Shown piece by piece: positions 28,422 to 36,224 of a DNA stretch of 64,000 bases (the stretch's first letter is position 1; each line of letters begins with the position of its first letter). The DNA is from Planctomycetota bacterium (GTDB lineage Bacteria; Planctomycetota; Phycisphaerae; Phycisphaerales; UBA1924). Both the position numbers and the translations under genes were made by a program. The notes under the pieces were generated by a model. That model was not told the origin of the DNA. It saw only the letters and a program-made list of their open reading frames with translations, and ran no database searches. Where the stretch lies: contig JAJRXR010000031.1 in assembly GCA_024276195.1 (NCBI GenBank), positions 4,473 through 68,472 on the forward strand, in the 5' to 3' direction.

Positions 28422-29003
28422 ATGTCACGCAACCGTACCGCCAGAGGCGCGGCCCTCATCGCCGCGACCGGGATCGCGCTCACCGCCATGACGGCCGCTC
28501 TCGCGACCGTCTCAGGCTGCGCCGCCACGCGCACCGCCGAGACCGACAAGGACGCGCTGTTCTCCGGTGTTGACACCGCCATCGCCGACTTCAAACGCAA
28601 GGACCCGGGCCTCGAGCTCTGGTTCGACCACGCCTACGGCTTCGCCATCTTCCCCCGCGTCGAGAAAGCCGCGATCGGCGTCGGCGGCGCCGGGGGCGAG
28701 GGCGTCGTCTACAACCAGGGCGTCTCCACCGGCAACTCGCGCCTCGCCCAGGGCACCATCGGCCTCCAGCTCGGAGGCCAGTCCTTCCGCGAGGTCATCT
28801 TCTTCGAAGACGCCGCCTCGCTCGCCGAGTTCACCGACGGCTCCTTCGAGCTCGCCGCCACCATCAACGCCATCGCCGCCGAAGAGGGTTCCGCCTCCAA
28901 GGCCACCTACCAAGACGGCGTCGCCGTCTTCACCGTCTCCACCGGCGGCCTCATGTTCGAGGCCTCCGTCGGAGGCCAGACCTTCGACTACGCCCCCTGG
29001 TAG
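28422..29003 (+). CDS. SYLF/Ysc84-like lipoprotein
   Basis: Internal ATG at 28422 with ggaagga upstream. Lipobox (LATVSGC) and glycine-rich beta pattern (IGVGGAGGEGVV, GLQLGGQSF). Confidence 0.65.
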   Translation: MSRNRTARGAALIAATGIALTAMTAALATVSGCAATRTAETDKDALFSGVDTAIADFKRKDPGLELWFDHAYGFAIFPRVEKAAIGVGGAGGEGVVYNQGVSTGNSRLAQGTIGLQLGGQSFREVIFFEDAASLAEFTDGSFELAATINAIAAEEGSASKATYQDGVAVFTVSTGGLMFEASVGGQTFDYAPW

Positions 29004-29080
29004 TTCCTCCCCGGACGCGCCCAGCGGCGCGCCCGGGTCTTTCATTGCCATTCAACCACCCGCGCGATCACTGGACGCGC

Positions 29081-29752
29081 TCACTCGGGCGGCGGGCGCC
29101 GGTGCCGCCGACGCGTCGCACGCGACGAACTCGCCGAGCCCCGCAGCTTCGGCGGTGGCTCCGCCCGCCTCTCAATAAACCGCGCCTCGAGCGCCGCCCG
29201 CTCCGCCTCGGGCAAGAGGTACTGCTCGAGCCCGCGCTCGCGCCGCTGGCGAGCCATCTCCCCGAGCACCAGCGCCGCCGTCACCGACAGGTTCAGGCTC
29301 TGCACCATCCCCCCCATCGGCAGACGCACCACCCGGTCGGCCATCTCCACCGCCTCCGCGCTCAGACCCCGGTGCTCGTTGCCGAACAGCAGCGCGATAT
29401 CCGGCTCATCCAGGCACGCCCCGCTCAGCTCTTCCGCCCGGTCATCAAGCGCCGTCGCCACGAGCGTGTACCCCCGATCCTTCAGCCCGCCGAGCATCGC
29501 CCCGGTGGTCTCGCTCGTCTCAAAGTCCAGCCACAGGCTCGTCGAGACGCTCGCGTCCCGGCAGTCCACCACCGGGTCGAACGTCCGGACCCGCTCAAAG
29601 ATCAGCCCGACGCGCTGCAGGCTGAAGGCGTCGCACGTCCGCATCACCGCCCCCGCGTTGTGAAAGTCGCGCACATCTTCGAGCACCACAATCCCGCGCT
29701 GGCGCGCGTGCGCAACCCGGTGGATCTTCGCGAGCCGCTCCTCGGTCGCCAT
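29081..29752 (-). CDS. SpoU/TrmH-family RNA 2'-O-methyltransferase
   Basis: Internal ATG at 29752 shares one nt with the upstream stop (TGATG). NAGAVMRTCDAF, LLFGNEHRGLS and MVQSLNLSVTAA SPOUT motifs. Confidence 0.85.
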   Translation of the reverse strand: MATEERLAKIHRVAHARQRGIVVLEDVRDFHNAGAVMRTCDAFSLQRVGLIFERVRTFDPVVDCRDASVSTSLWLDFETSETTGAMLGGLKDRGYTLVATALDDRAEELSGACLDEPDIALLFGNEHRGLSAEAVEMADRVVRLPMGGMVQSLNLSVTAALVLGEMARQRRERGLEQYLLPEAERAALEARFIERRAEPPPKLRGSASSSRATRRRHRRPPPE

Positions 29753-30315
29753 CAGGAGCCCGCCCCATCGCCCATCGCGCACCACCGGTCCACCGGCGCC
29801 ACGCGGACCGCCCCCGCCCACGCCCGCGCCTCATCCGTGCGCAAGCGCGATTCTGTCGGCGCGACCCACGCCGCGGCCCGCGTGTTGCCCGTTTCAATGA
29901 TCTCCCGCAGGCACAGCAGCAGCTCGAGCAGGTCCGCGTCGTGGGCCGCGATCGCCTCGGGCGTCGCGCACGCCTCATACTCATCAATCAATGCCCGCAC
30001 CTGATCCCCGAACACCAGCCCGCGCGTCATGTCGTCAACCGCCCTTGCTTCGTCGATCTTGACATACCGCTGGGCCAGGTGGTGCAGGTCGAGCGTCCGC
30101 GCCTCGGGCAGGTCGTGGACCAGGCACAACTGCGAGACGCGCCCGCTGTCGGCGCCCGTCCGCCACGCCAGCGACATCCCGATCACCGCCGTCCGGTGGA
30201 CATGCTCCGCGACGCTCTGCGCATACCCGCCCAGGTGCGCAAACCCAGACCGCGGCGTCCGCGCCAGCATCCCCGCCTCGTTGAGAAAGTCCACAATCCG
30301 ATCGCGCTCATCCAT
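29752..30315 (-). CDS. HD-domain phosphohydrolase (YfbR-like)
   Basis: SVAEH..R, VHDLPE and HDADLLE match the H..HD..D metal-ligand pattern. Confidence 0.8.
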   Translation of the reverse strand: MDERDRIVDFLNEAGMLARTPRSGFAHLGGYAQSVAEHVHRTAVIGMSLAWRTGADSGRVSQLCLVHDLPEARTLDLHHLAQRYVKIDEARAVDDMTRGLVFGDQVRALIDEYEACATPEAIAAHDADLLELLLCLREIIETGNTRAAAWVAPTESRLRTDEARAWAGAVRVAPVDRWCAMGDGAGS

Positions 30316-30346
30316 GCGGCGAGCTTAGCGAAGGCGTCGCCCCGCT

Positions 30347-30529
30347 TCAGGCCTCGCCGGATTCTGGCGTTTGGGCGATGAGCAACACCCGCCCGACCTC
30401 GGACGCCGCCGCGATGGCGATCGCCAGCAGGCCCAGCACTGCCGCCATCGCCCCCCACCAGGGCAGCGCCGCCAGCAGCGCCCCGACGAGCGCCAGATAC
30501 ACCCCGAATGCCCCGAGCAGGTAGCCCAC
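30347..30529 (-). CDS. possible small two-TM membrane protein
   Basis: The hydrophobic C-terminal part of ORF 30347..30772. GTG at 30529 is the first plausible start downstream of the neighbouring gene. The start is not established. Confidence 0.25.
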   Translation of the reverse strand: MGYLLGAFGVYLALVGALLAALPWWGAMAAVLGLLAIAIAAASEVGRVLLIAQTPESGEA

Positions 30530-30626
30530 GCCGATCGCCCCCGTTGGGCGTTCTCGCCCAGGGACCGATCTCGTCCACCGCCGCCCCGTTCTTGAGGCGG
30601 ACCGCCCAGTTCTGCGCACAGGACAA

Positions 30627-31082
30627 TCAGCCCACGCGCGCCGGCTCAAACACCACCACCCGCCCGACCACGCGCGCGATGTACATCTCGACCCGGTCGA
30701 TCCCCGTCGCACCGACCACCACCTCGCGCGCGCACGCAAGGTCTTCGAGCTGCATCGCGCGCAGCGTCTCATCTGTAGCTCCGAGCTTGGCGTGGTAGTA
30801 CATGCACAGATCGTGCTGGATCAAGACCACACGGTCGATCTCGTGCGCCTCGCACAAGAACGTAAGCTCGCCGAGCACGCGCTGCCCGTCCGGCTCGGCG
30901 TCCGGGCGACCCCCGATCACCCCCGGCCCGCCCGGCACGATCAGCCGGTCACACCGCACCAGCCCGAGATGCGACACAATAAAGTCATTGAACTGGCGCG
31001 AGAACCGCCCGTCGGAACAGTGCATCGCCAGCCCGTCATATGCCGCATCATCGTAGTTCGGCGCCGACTCATAGGTCATCAT
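30627..31082 (-). CDS. hypothetical protein with beta-carbonic-anhydrase-like CxDxR / HxxC motifs
   Basis: HCSDGR and IQHDLCMYY are spaced as the zinc ligands of beta-CA-fold proteins. At 151 aa it is shorter than canonical beta-CA. Confidence 0.4.
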   Translation of the reverse strand: MMTYESAPNYDDAAYDGLAMHCSDGRFSRQFNDFIVSHLGLVRCDRLIVPGGPGVIGGRPDAEPDGQRVLGELTFLCEAHEIDRVVLIQHDLCMYYHAKLGATDETLRAMQLEDLACAREVVVGATGIDRVEMYIARVVGRVVVFEPARVG

Positions 31083-31765
31083 CCGCTCCCGCCAGCCCCG
31101 GAACCGGCGCTCATCTGGTCAATAAACCGGTTCGCCTCGTCGATCGACGACTCCATGTCCGCGATCAGCTGCGCGATCTCACCCTCGAGCTCGACGAGCG
31201 CCCCGTCGATCGACGCGATTGCCCGCGCGTTGAGGTTGTGCTTGAGGAACAGCGTTTGGTCGCGGAAGGCCGCGAGCACAGGCTCCATCTTCGACTCGGC
31301 CCGGCGCATCGCCACCACCACCCGTTCATACCGAGCCCGCGTCGCATCGAGCTGTTCCTCGCTCGCCCGGCGCAGCGACTCGGTCGAGTACAGCTCCAGC
31401 TCGCTCTCCCATTCCTTGAACAACGCCGTGCCCACGCGCTCGACCGAGCGGATCTTGTCGCGCACGCGCTTCGCCCGCTTCTCCGACCGGTCCAGCTCCT
31501 TGCTCAGGCGCGAGTACGCCCCCTCGAGCTCCCGATCCTCATAGCCCGTCAGGCTCTTGAGTTCGTCCAGCGTGGTCTCGAACTGGTCCCGGGCGCCCGC
31601 CTGGGCGTCGCGCGTCTGCTCGACCCGATCCACGAGCTGCTCACGCTTGGCGTACCCCAGCCGCTCTCGAACAGCGATCCCCGTCGAAGAACACCCGATC
31701 CCCTGCGCCACCAGAACCAGCCCGATCAGGGCCAGCAGAGGGCGATTCCAGCGATGTGCAACCAT
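31079..31765 (-). CDS. DUF2959-family lipoprotein
   Basis: Internal ATG at 31765. Lipobox (AQGIGCS). DRVEQTRDAQ..F, LFKEWESELELY and FLKHNLNA match my recollection of DUF2959. The stop overlaps the downstream start (ATGA). Confidence 0.75.
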   Translation of the reverse strand: MVAHRWNRPLLALIGLVLVAQGIGCSSTGIAVRERLGYAKREQLVDRVEQTRDAQAGARDQFETTLDELKSLTGYEDRELEGAYSRLSKELDRSEKRAKRVRDKIRSVERVGTALFKEWESELELYSTESLRRASEEQLDATRARYERVVVAMRRAESKMEPVLAAFRDQTLFLKHNLNARAIASIDGALVELEGEIAQLIADMESSIDEANRFIDQMSAGSGAGGSG

Positions 31766-31979
31766 GCTCGACTCCTCCTGGAAACGCCGACGCCCCGCCC
31801 CCCGCACGCACCCGCGGCGCTCTGAGCAAGGCCCGGGGCCTCCAACCCTCCTAGACTAGTCCCGAGCCCAACGAGGCGCCGACGGACGACCGTCTGCCCG
31901 CGCTGGCTCTCGACGCACTCTCCTGCCCAAGGTCAGGCGCCGGTCTCAAACACAACTGGGCACGCAGAAGGAATCGGAT

Positions 31980-32324
31980 ATGAAGCTTTACGTTGGAAAC
32001 CTCGCTTACTCTTGCACCGAAGACCGCCTCCGCGAGATGTTCGAGGCCCACGGCGAGGTCACCTCGGCGGCCCTCGTCATGGACCGAGACACCGGCCGTC
32101 CCCGCGGATTCGGCTTCGTCGAGTTCTCCAATGATGACCACGCCCGCGCCGCCATCGAGGCCCTCAACGGCCAGAACATCGATGGACGCGACCTCACCGT
32201 CAACGAGGCCAAGCCCCGCGAGAACCGCGGCGGCGGCGGCGGTGGCGGCGGACGCGGCGGCTACGGCGGCGGCGGTGGTGGTGGCTACGGCGGCGGTGGT
32301 GGCGGCGGCGGCGGTCGCTGGTAA
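31980..32324 (+). CDS. RRM-type glycine-rich RNA-binding protein
   Basis: RNP-2 (LYVGNL), RNP-1 (RGFGFVEF) and a C-terminal RGG/GGY tail. Confidence 0.9.
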   Translation: MKLYVGNLAYSCTEDRLREMFEAHGEVTSAALVMDRDTGRPRGFGFVEFSNDDHARAAIEALNGQNIDGRDLTVNEAKPRENRGGGGGGGGRGGYGGGGGGGYGGGGGGGGGRW

Positions 32325-32381
32325 GCCCCCCCGGTCAGCCTCACCGCTGACCACCGTGTACACTCTTTAGAACTCTCTCCG

Positions 32382-32420
32382 GGTCGGGGCCTCACAAGCC
32401 CCGGCCTGTGTTTGTTTTTC
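32382..32420 (+). terminator. rho-independent terminator
   Basis: ggtcggggc-ctcacaa-gccccggcc (one mismatch) followed by tgtgtttgtttttc. Confidence 0.7.
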
Positions 32421-32446
32421 TCAACAACTGTTTTTCGCAACAACAC

Positions 32447-32472
32447 TCCTCCCCCGCCTCAGCGGGGGAGGT
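32447..32472. repeat. second type of REP-like hairpin
   Basis: cctcccccgc-ctca-gcgggggagg, a 10-bp perfect stem, followed by tgtcgagcgcagcgacgacgaaggggg. Confidence 0.6.
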
Positions 32473-32581
32473 GTCGAGCGCAGCGACGACGAAGGGGGTC
32501 CGTCCGTACCACCACCACCGTCCAGCTCCCTCTGGGCGCACTCGTGCAGATGAACATGGTCCTGCGCCTCACTGCTCAGCC

Positions 32582-32959
32582 TTACTCCATCGAATAGTAA
32601 AACTCCTCACGCACCACCTTCCCGCCCTTGACCGTGTACAGCCCGACCTCCTGCATCCGCATCCGCATCCCCTCCATCGGCCCCGCCCTGGGCGTCACGT
32701 CGATGTCGAACGTCACCGCAAACCGGTCGTCATGCGGGTACGGCCCACCGACCTCGCACGAGTGAACCTCGTTGGTCGCCTCCCACTGGGCCGACTTCTC
32801 GCGCACCGCTTCCAGCCCCCGCGTCTCGCGCCCCTGCCCGGACATATCCACCGGCTCAACGCTCACGATGTCCTCGCCGTAGCACGCCTCAAGCGCGCCC
32901 CGGAAGTCGCCGCTCTTGCACAGCTCAACCAGCTTTGTTCCAACTTCCATCGGTGACAT
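32582..32959 (-). CDS. SnoaL-like / NTF2-fold protein
   Basis: 125 aa with the alpha+beta cone pattern typical of the SnoaL-like family. Its first 152 nt are duplicated at 35132..35283. Confidence 0.6.
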   Translation of the reverse strand: MSPMEVGTKLVELCKSGDFRGALEACYGEDIVSVEPVDMSGQGRETRGLEAVREKSAQWEATNEVHSCEVGGPYPHDDRFAVTFDIDVTPRAGPMEGMRMRMQEVGLYTVKGGKVVREEFYYSME

Positions 32960-33111
32960 CTCCGGCTCCTTGTCCGTGGGTTTACTACTACAACTCGTGG
33001 GGACACCGGGATCAGCCTAGGTCGTGTCCGACGTCTCGTATGTTCGGCGCACAGCGAACCCCCCGGTTTCCCGGGGGGTTCTGCGAGGAACAAAGCTGTT
33101 CGAGAGGTCGC

Positions 33112-34959
33112 TTACGGGCAGCCAGCGCCGAAGGCGGTTAGGAAGGCGATGACATCGGAGAAGTCGAAGGCGCCGGTTGGCGGCGCGAGATCGGCGGCGG
33201 CCTCTTCACTGCCGAAGGCGGTGAGGAAGCCGAGCACATCGGAGAAGTCAAGGGCGCCGAAGGGCACGGCGAAGTCGGCGACGTTGCACGGCGGGGGCGC
33301 GATGAACTCGACGGCGCCGATGTCGAGCCCGCCGTCGGCGACGCGGGGGAAGCCCACGCCGCGCTGGTCGAACTTGGGCACGCCGCCCATGCCGGCGATG
33401 GCCAGCGGATCGCCCCCATTGATCGCGGGGCTCAGCGGCAGGATCGGGTGCACGAACGTGCCCGCCTGCGCTTCGAGCGAGCCGAGCATCGCGTCGGTGT
33501 TGAGCAGGTCCGTCGCCTCGGGCGTCGCGTCACCTGTCGCGTCGTCGAGCAGGTTGTAGCCGTTGGAGGTGAGAGTGACGGCCCCGGATACCCCGCCAAC
33601 GTTGAAGTTCGGGGCGGCGTTGTCGGCGAAGATCGTGTGGTCGTACCCGATGTTGGTCACGGCGCTCGCCGTCTCGGCTGAATAGAAGACCGCGGCGGTG
33701 CCGGTCTGGTTGCTCGCAAATGTGCAGTGGGAGATCGTGGTTGTGCGCGTTGCAAAGGCGCCACGCGCCCAGATCACGCCGAAGTTCCCCGCATTGCCGC
33801 TGAAGGTGCAGTTGGTGAACGACATCGCGCCGTCCTGCCCATAGATCGTACCCTGACCGTCGCCGTTGTTGATGACGGCACAGTCAGAGAGATTCATGGT
33901 TCCGTTGACAAGTACGATCGCAGCCCCGAGGGCGGGGGCGGTGCGGTTGTTCCGGAGGATGCTTGCATTGATGTTGATCGTATCGTCTCCATCGAACATA
34001 AGCATCGCCCCGCCGTCGTCTGCGCCTGAGTTGCCATCGGCGATGGTGAGATCGTTGAAGGTGTAGGTGTTGGCGCCCGGGCCGCTGAGAGTGAAGATCC
34101 GGCTGACATCGCCGCCGGAGATGGTCAGCTGATCAGCGCCGAGGCCGTTGATGGTGACGGTCTCATCGATGGCGATCTCGCCCTCGGTGAGCGTGATCGT
34201 GCCGCCCGTCAGAGCCGGGTCGAAGCTGATGGTGTCGGCGCCGGGGTTGGCGTTGGCGTTGAAGATCGCCTGACGCAGGCTACCCGGCTGGTCACCCGCC
34301 GCAGCGACTGGGCCGTCGGACGTGTTGGTCACGAGGAAGGGGTCGGCGTACCGGAACGCGAACTCGCCGACTCGGAGAAAGTCACCCCCCCCGTGCCCGG
34401 TCACCACGATGTGGACGAAGCGGGTCGTGACAGGCGGGAACACAAACGATTGGCCAACATTTGTTGCGCTCGGCGTGTATGAGCCAAACAACGCGGTCGT
34501 GCCGTTGGTGAAGTCGTCATCGGTGTCCGCGTGCAGATCGAACGCGGTGATCGCCTCTGTGGAGAAAACTGTGCTCCACATGGCCAGCGCATCGACGGAG
34601 AGGGCGGATCCTAGATCGAACGTGATCGTCTCTCCGAGGTCCACGATGCCATTGGGCTGGTTCAGACCGTTGCTGTTGCAGAGCAGCAGATCCGCGTTGC
34701 TGTTGTTATGCGACGTGGCTGGAACGAACGAATCGAAATCAGTCGTGCCGCTGGTGTAGCTGGCGCTCAGGCCCGACTGGTCGATGGTGTTTCCGACGGG
34801 GAAAAGATCAAACAGCGGAATACAGGAGGTCAAGGCCCCCTGCGGCTGGATGATGGAGCCGGCAGTCTGGGCGTGTGCGGTCGAAGCGATCGCCCCCGCC
34901 GTGAGGACAAGGGCCGCCGACAGAGCGGTATCGATAACTTTGGTGTTCTTGTGATCCAT
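33112..34959 (-). CDS. secreted surface protein: discoidin-like domain, right-handed beta-helix repeats and two C-terminal dockerin-like modules ending in GC
   Basis: Signal peptide (ASTAHAQ). Repetitive G/N/T-rich beta-helix region (TINGLGADQLTISGG.., FTNCTFSGNAGN.., ISHCTFASNQ). C-terminus: CNVADFAVPFGALDFSDVLGFLTAFG...PPTGAFDFSDVIAFLTAFGAGCP. Confidence 0.75.
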   Translation of the reverse strand: MDHKNTKVIDTALSAALVLTAGAIASTAHAQTAGSIIQPQGALTSCIPLFDLFPVGNTIDQSGLSASYTSGTTDFDSFVPATSHNNSNADLLLCNSNGLNQPNGIVDLGETITFDLGSALSVDALAMWSTVFSTEAITAFDLHADTDDDFTNGTTALFGSYTPSATNVGQSFVFPPVTTRFVHIVVTGHGGGDFLRVGEFAFRYADPFLVTNTSDGPVAAAGDQPGSLRQAIFNANANPGADTISFDPALTGGTITLTEGEIAIDETVTINGLGADQLTISGGDVSRIFTLSGPGANTYTFNDLTIADGNSGADDGGAMLMFDGDDTININASILRNNRTAPALGAAIVLVNGTMNLSDCAVINNGDGQGTIYGQDGAMSFTNCTFSGNAGNFGVIWARGAFATRTTTISHCTFASNQTGTAAVFYSAETASAVTNIGYDHTIFADNAAPNFNVGGVSGAVTLTSNGYNLLDDATGDATPEATDLLNTDAMLGSLEAQAGTFVHPILPLSPAINGGDPLAIAGMGGVPKFDQRGVGFPRVADGGLDIGAVEFIAPPPCNVADFAVPFGALDFSDVLGFLTAFGSEEAAADLAPPTGAFDFSDVIAFLTAFGAGCP

Positions 34960-35103
34960 GGCTCTCTCCGGGGGTCACGTAGGTGTTTTCCGACGGAGAT
35001 GCCCGGCGGCGCCCATTAGCCTAGATGCGGGGACGGAGAAGCCCAAACAAAATATGAAAAACCTGGGCGTGCCCGAACAGAACCAGATCGCGGTGCTGCT
35101 CCA

Positions 35104-35283
35104 TTACGCTTCGGACGGAGACTCGCGGGCTGCTTCCAGCCCCCGCGTCTCGCGCCCCTGCCCGGACATATTCACCGCCTCAACGCTCACGATGTCCTCG
35201 CCGTAGCACGCGTCAAGCGCGCCCCGGAAGTCGCCGCTCCTGCACAGCTCGACCAGCTTCGTTCCAACTTCCATCACTGACAT
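35104..35283 (-). pseudogene. truncated duplicate of the SnoaL-like gene 5' end
   Basis: Translates to MSVMEVGTKLVELCRSGDFRGALDACYGEDIVSVEAVNMSGQGRETRGLEAARESPSEA*. Positions 35132..35283 align to 32808..32959 with no gaps and about 8 mismatches (manual alignment). Confidence 0.65.
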
Positions 35284-35438
35284 GTGTGTATTCTCCTGTC
35301 GCCGGATGAAACGCCCGCCGCAAAGACAGCACGGACTTTGATAGTGCTAGGTAGCAGGCCAGTTCACACTCTGGTTGACTACAGACACCAAAGCTTTTAC
35401 GATGCGCAGCAGCAGAAAAATAGAAAGAAGCTCTCTCC

Positions 35439-35750
35439 ATGCTCATCCTGATCGCGCTTTATACGATCCTCGGGTTTCTCTACGCATGGACCGTTGGCAT
35501 CGTCGCCCGCGAAGAGATATACGTCAGATCAGGCGTGCTGATCGTGGTCATCCCGTTGCTTGTCCGGATCGCCCTCTCGGTCGCTCAAATCCAACTCGGG
35601 CTCATCGGGCTTGGTCTGGATTTCGCGCTGCTCCTCGTTGGATCGAAGCTGATCGCAAGGCTCGACTGGAAGCCCGCGCTCATCGTGTCCGCGATCTATA
35701 CCGCGATCTTACTGGTCGTCTACGTCCTCCTCACGATCGCGTTCTCCTAG
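35439..35750 (+). CDS. small polytopic membrane protein (hypothetical)
   Basis: 103 aa, three or four TM helices, island-type codon usage. Confidence 0.45.
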   Translation: MLILIALYTILGFLYAWTVGIVAREEIYVRSGVLIVVIPLLVRIALSVAQIQLGLIGLGLDFALLLVGSKLIARLDWKPALIVSAIYTAILLVVYVLLTIAFS

Positions 35751-36224
35751 GGCATAGCTACTCGTACCGAACACCCTCATGCTGTGTTCAAGTGGCAGTC
35801 ACGGTACAGGTTTCGTGAATCAGGGCAAAGGCCATCTCGCATGCCCAGTAGTTCAATTCCTGTCACCCCGATCCAACAGGCTCGGCGGCTCGATAAGTGC
35901 CTGAACCATCATGTACTCAGGCAAGTACAATCGCTTCCTGTCGCCACCGGATGACAGCGCAGAGTTTGAAAACTTATGAGTGCGTTTGAAGCCGACGTAG
36001 CTTTCCACAACTTGAGGCTGTCGCTCGGAAGGGGAATAACGACAGCGGCTTGAGTGATTGGGAGCAGAATATGTGACCTCCTCCCCGGCTACACGCCCAA
36101 CTGCGCCCCAACGCACGTCTGACCAGTAGCTTCTCCAAGTACCATGTATAATGACCCTGGCGCTTGCGCAGCATTCACAGCAACGGTAGCATAACCTCGT
36201 AAATCTGCATGGAGACTGACACTC

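Noticed and set aside
35851-35871. gttcaattcctgtcaccccga resembles the T-loop, T-stem 3' strand, acceptor 3' strand and discriminator of a tRNA
   Set aside because: The upstream 55 nt cannot be folded into a D-arm, anticodon arm or 5' acceptor strand (no cggggtg), so it is not a tRNA gene. It could be an att-site remnant or chance. I found no second copy in the window.
36147-36152. Perfect TATAAT hexamer 73 nt upstream of the STAND gene start
   Set aside because: No acceptable -35 lies at 16-18 nt spacing. In an A/T-richer island a lone TATAAT is expected by chance, so I have not called it a promoter.
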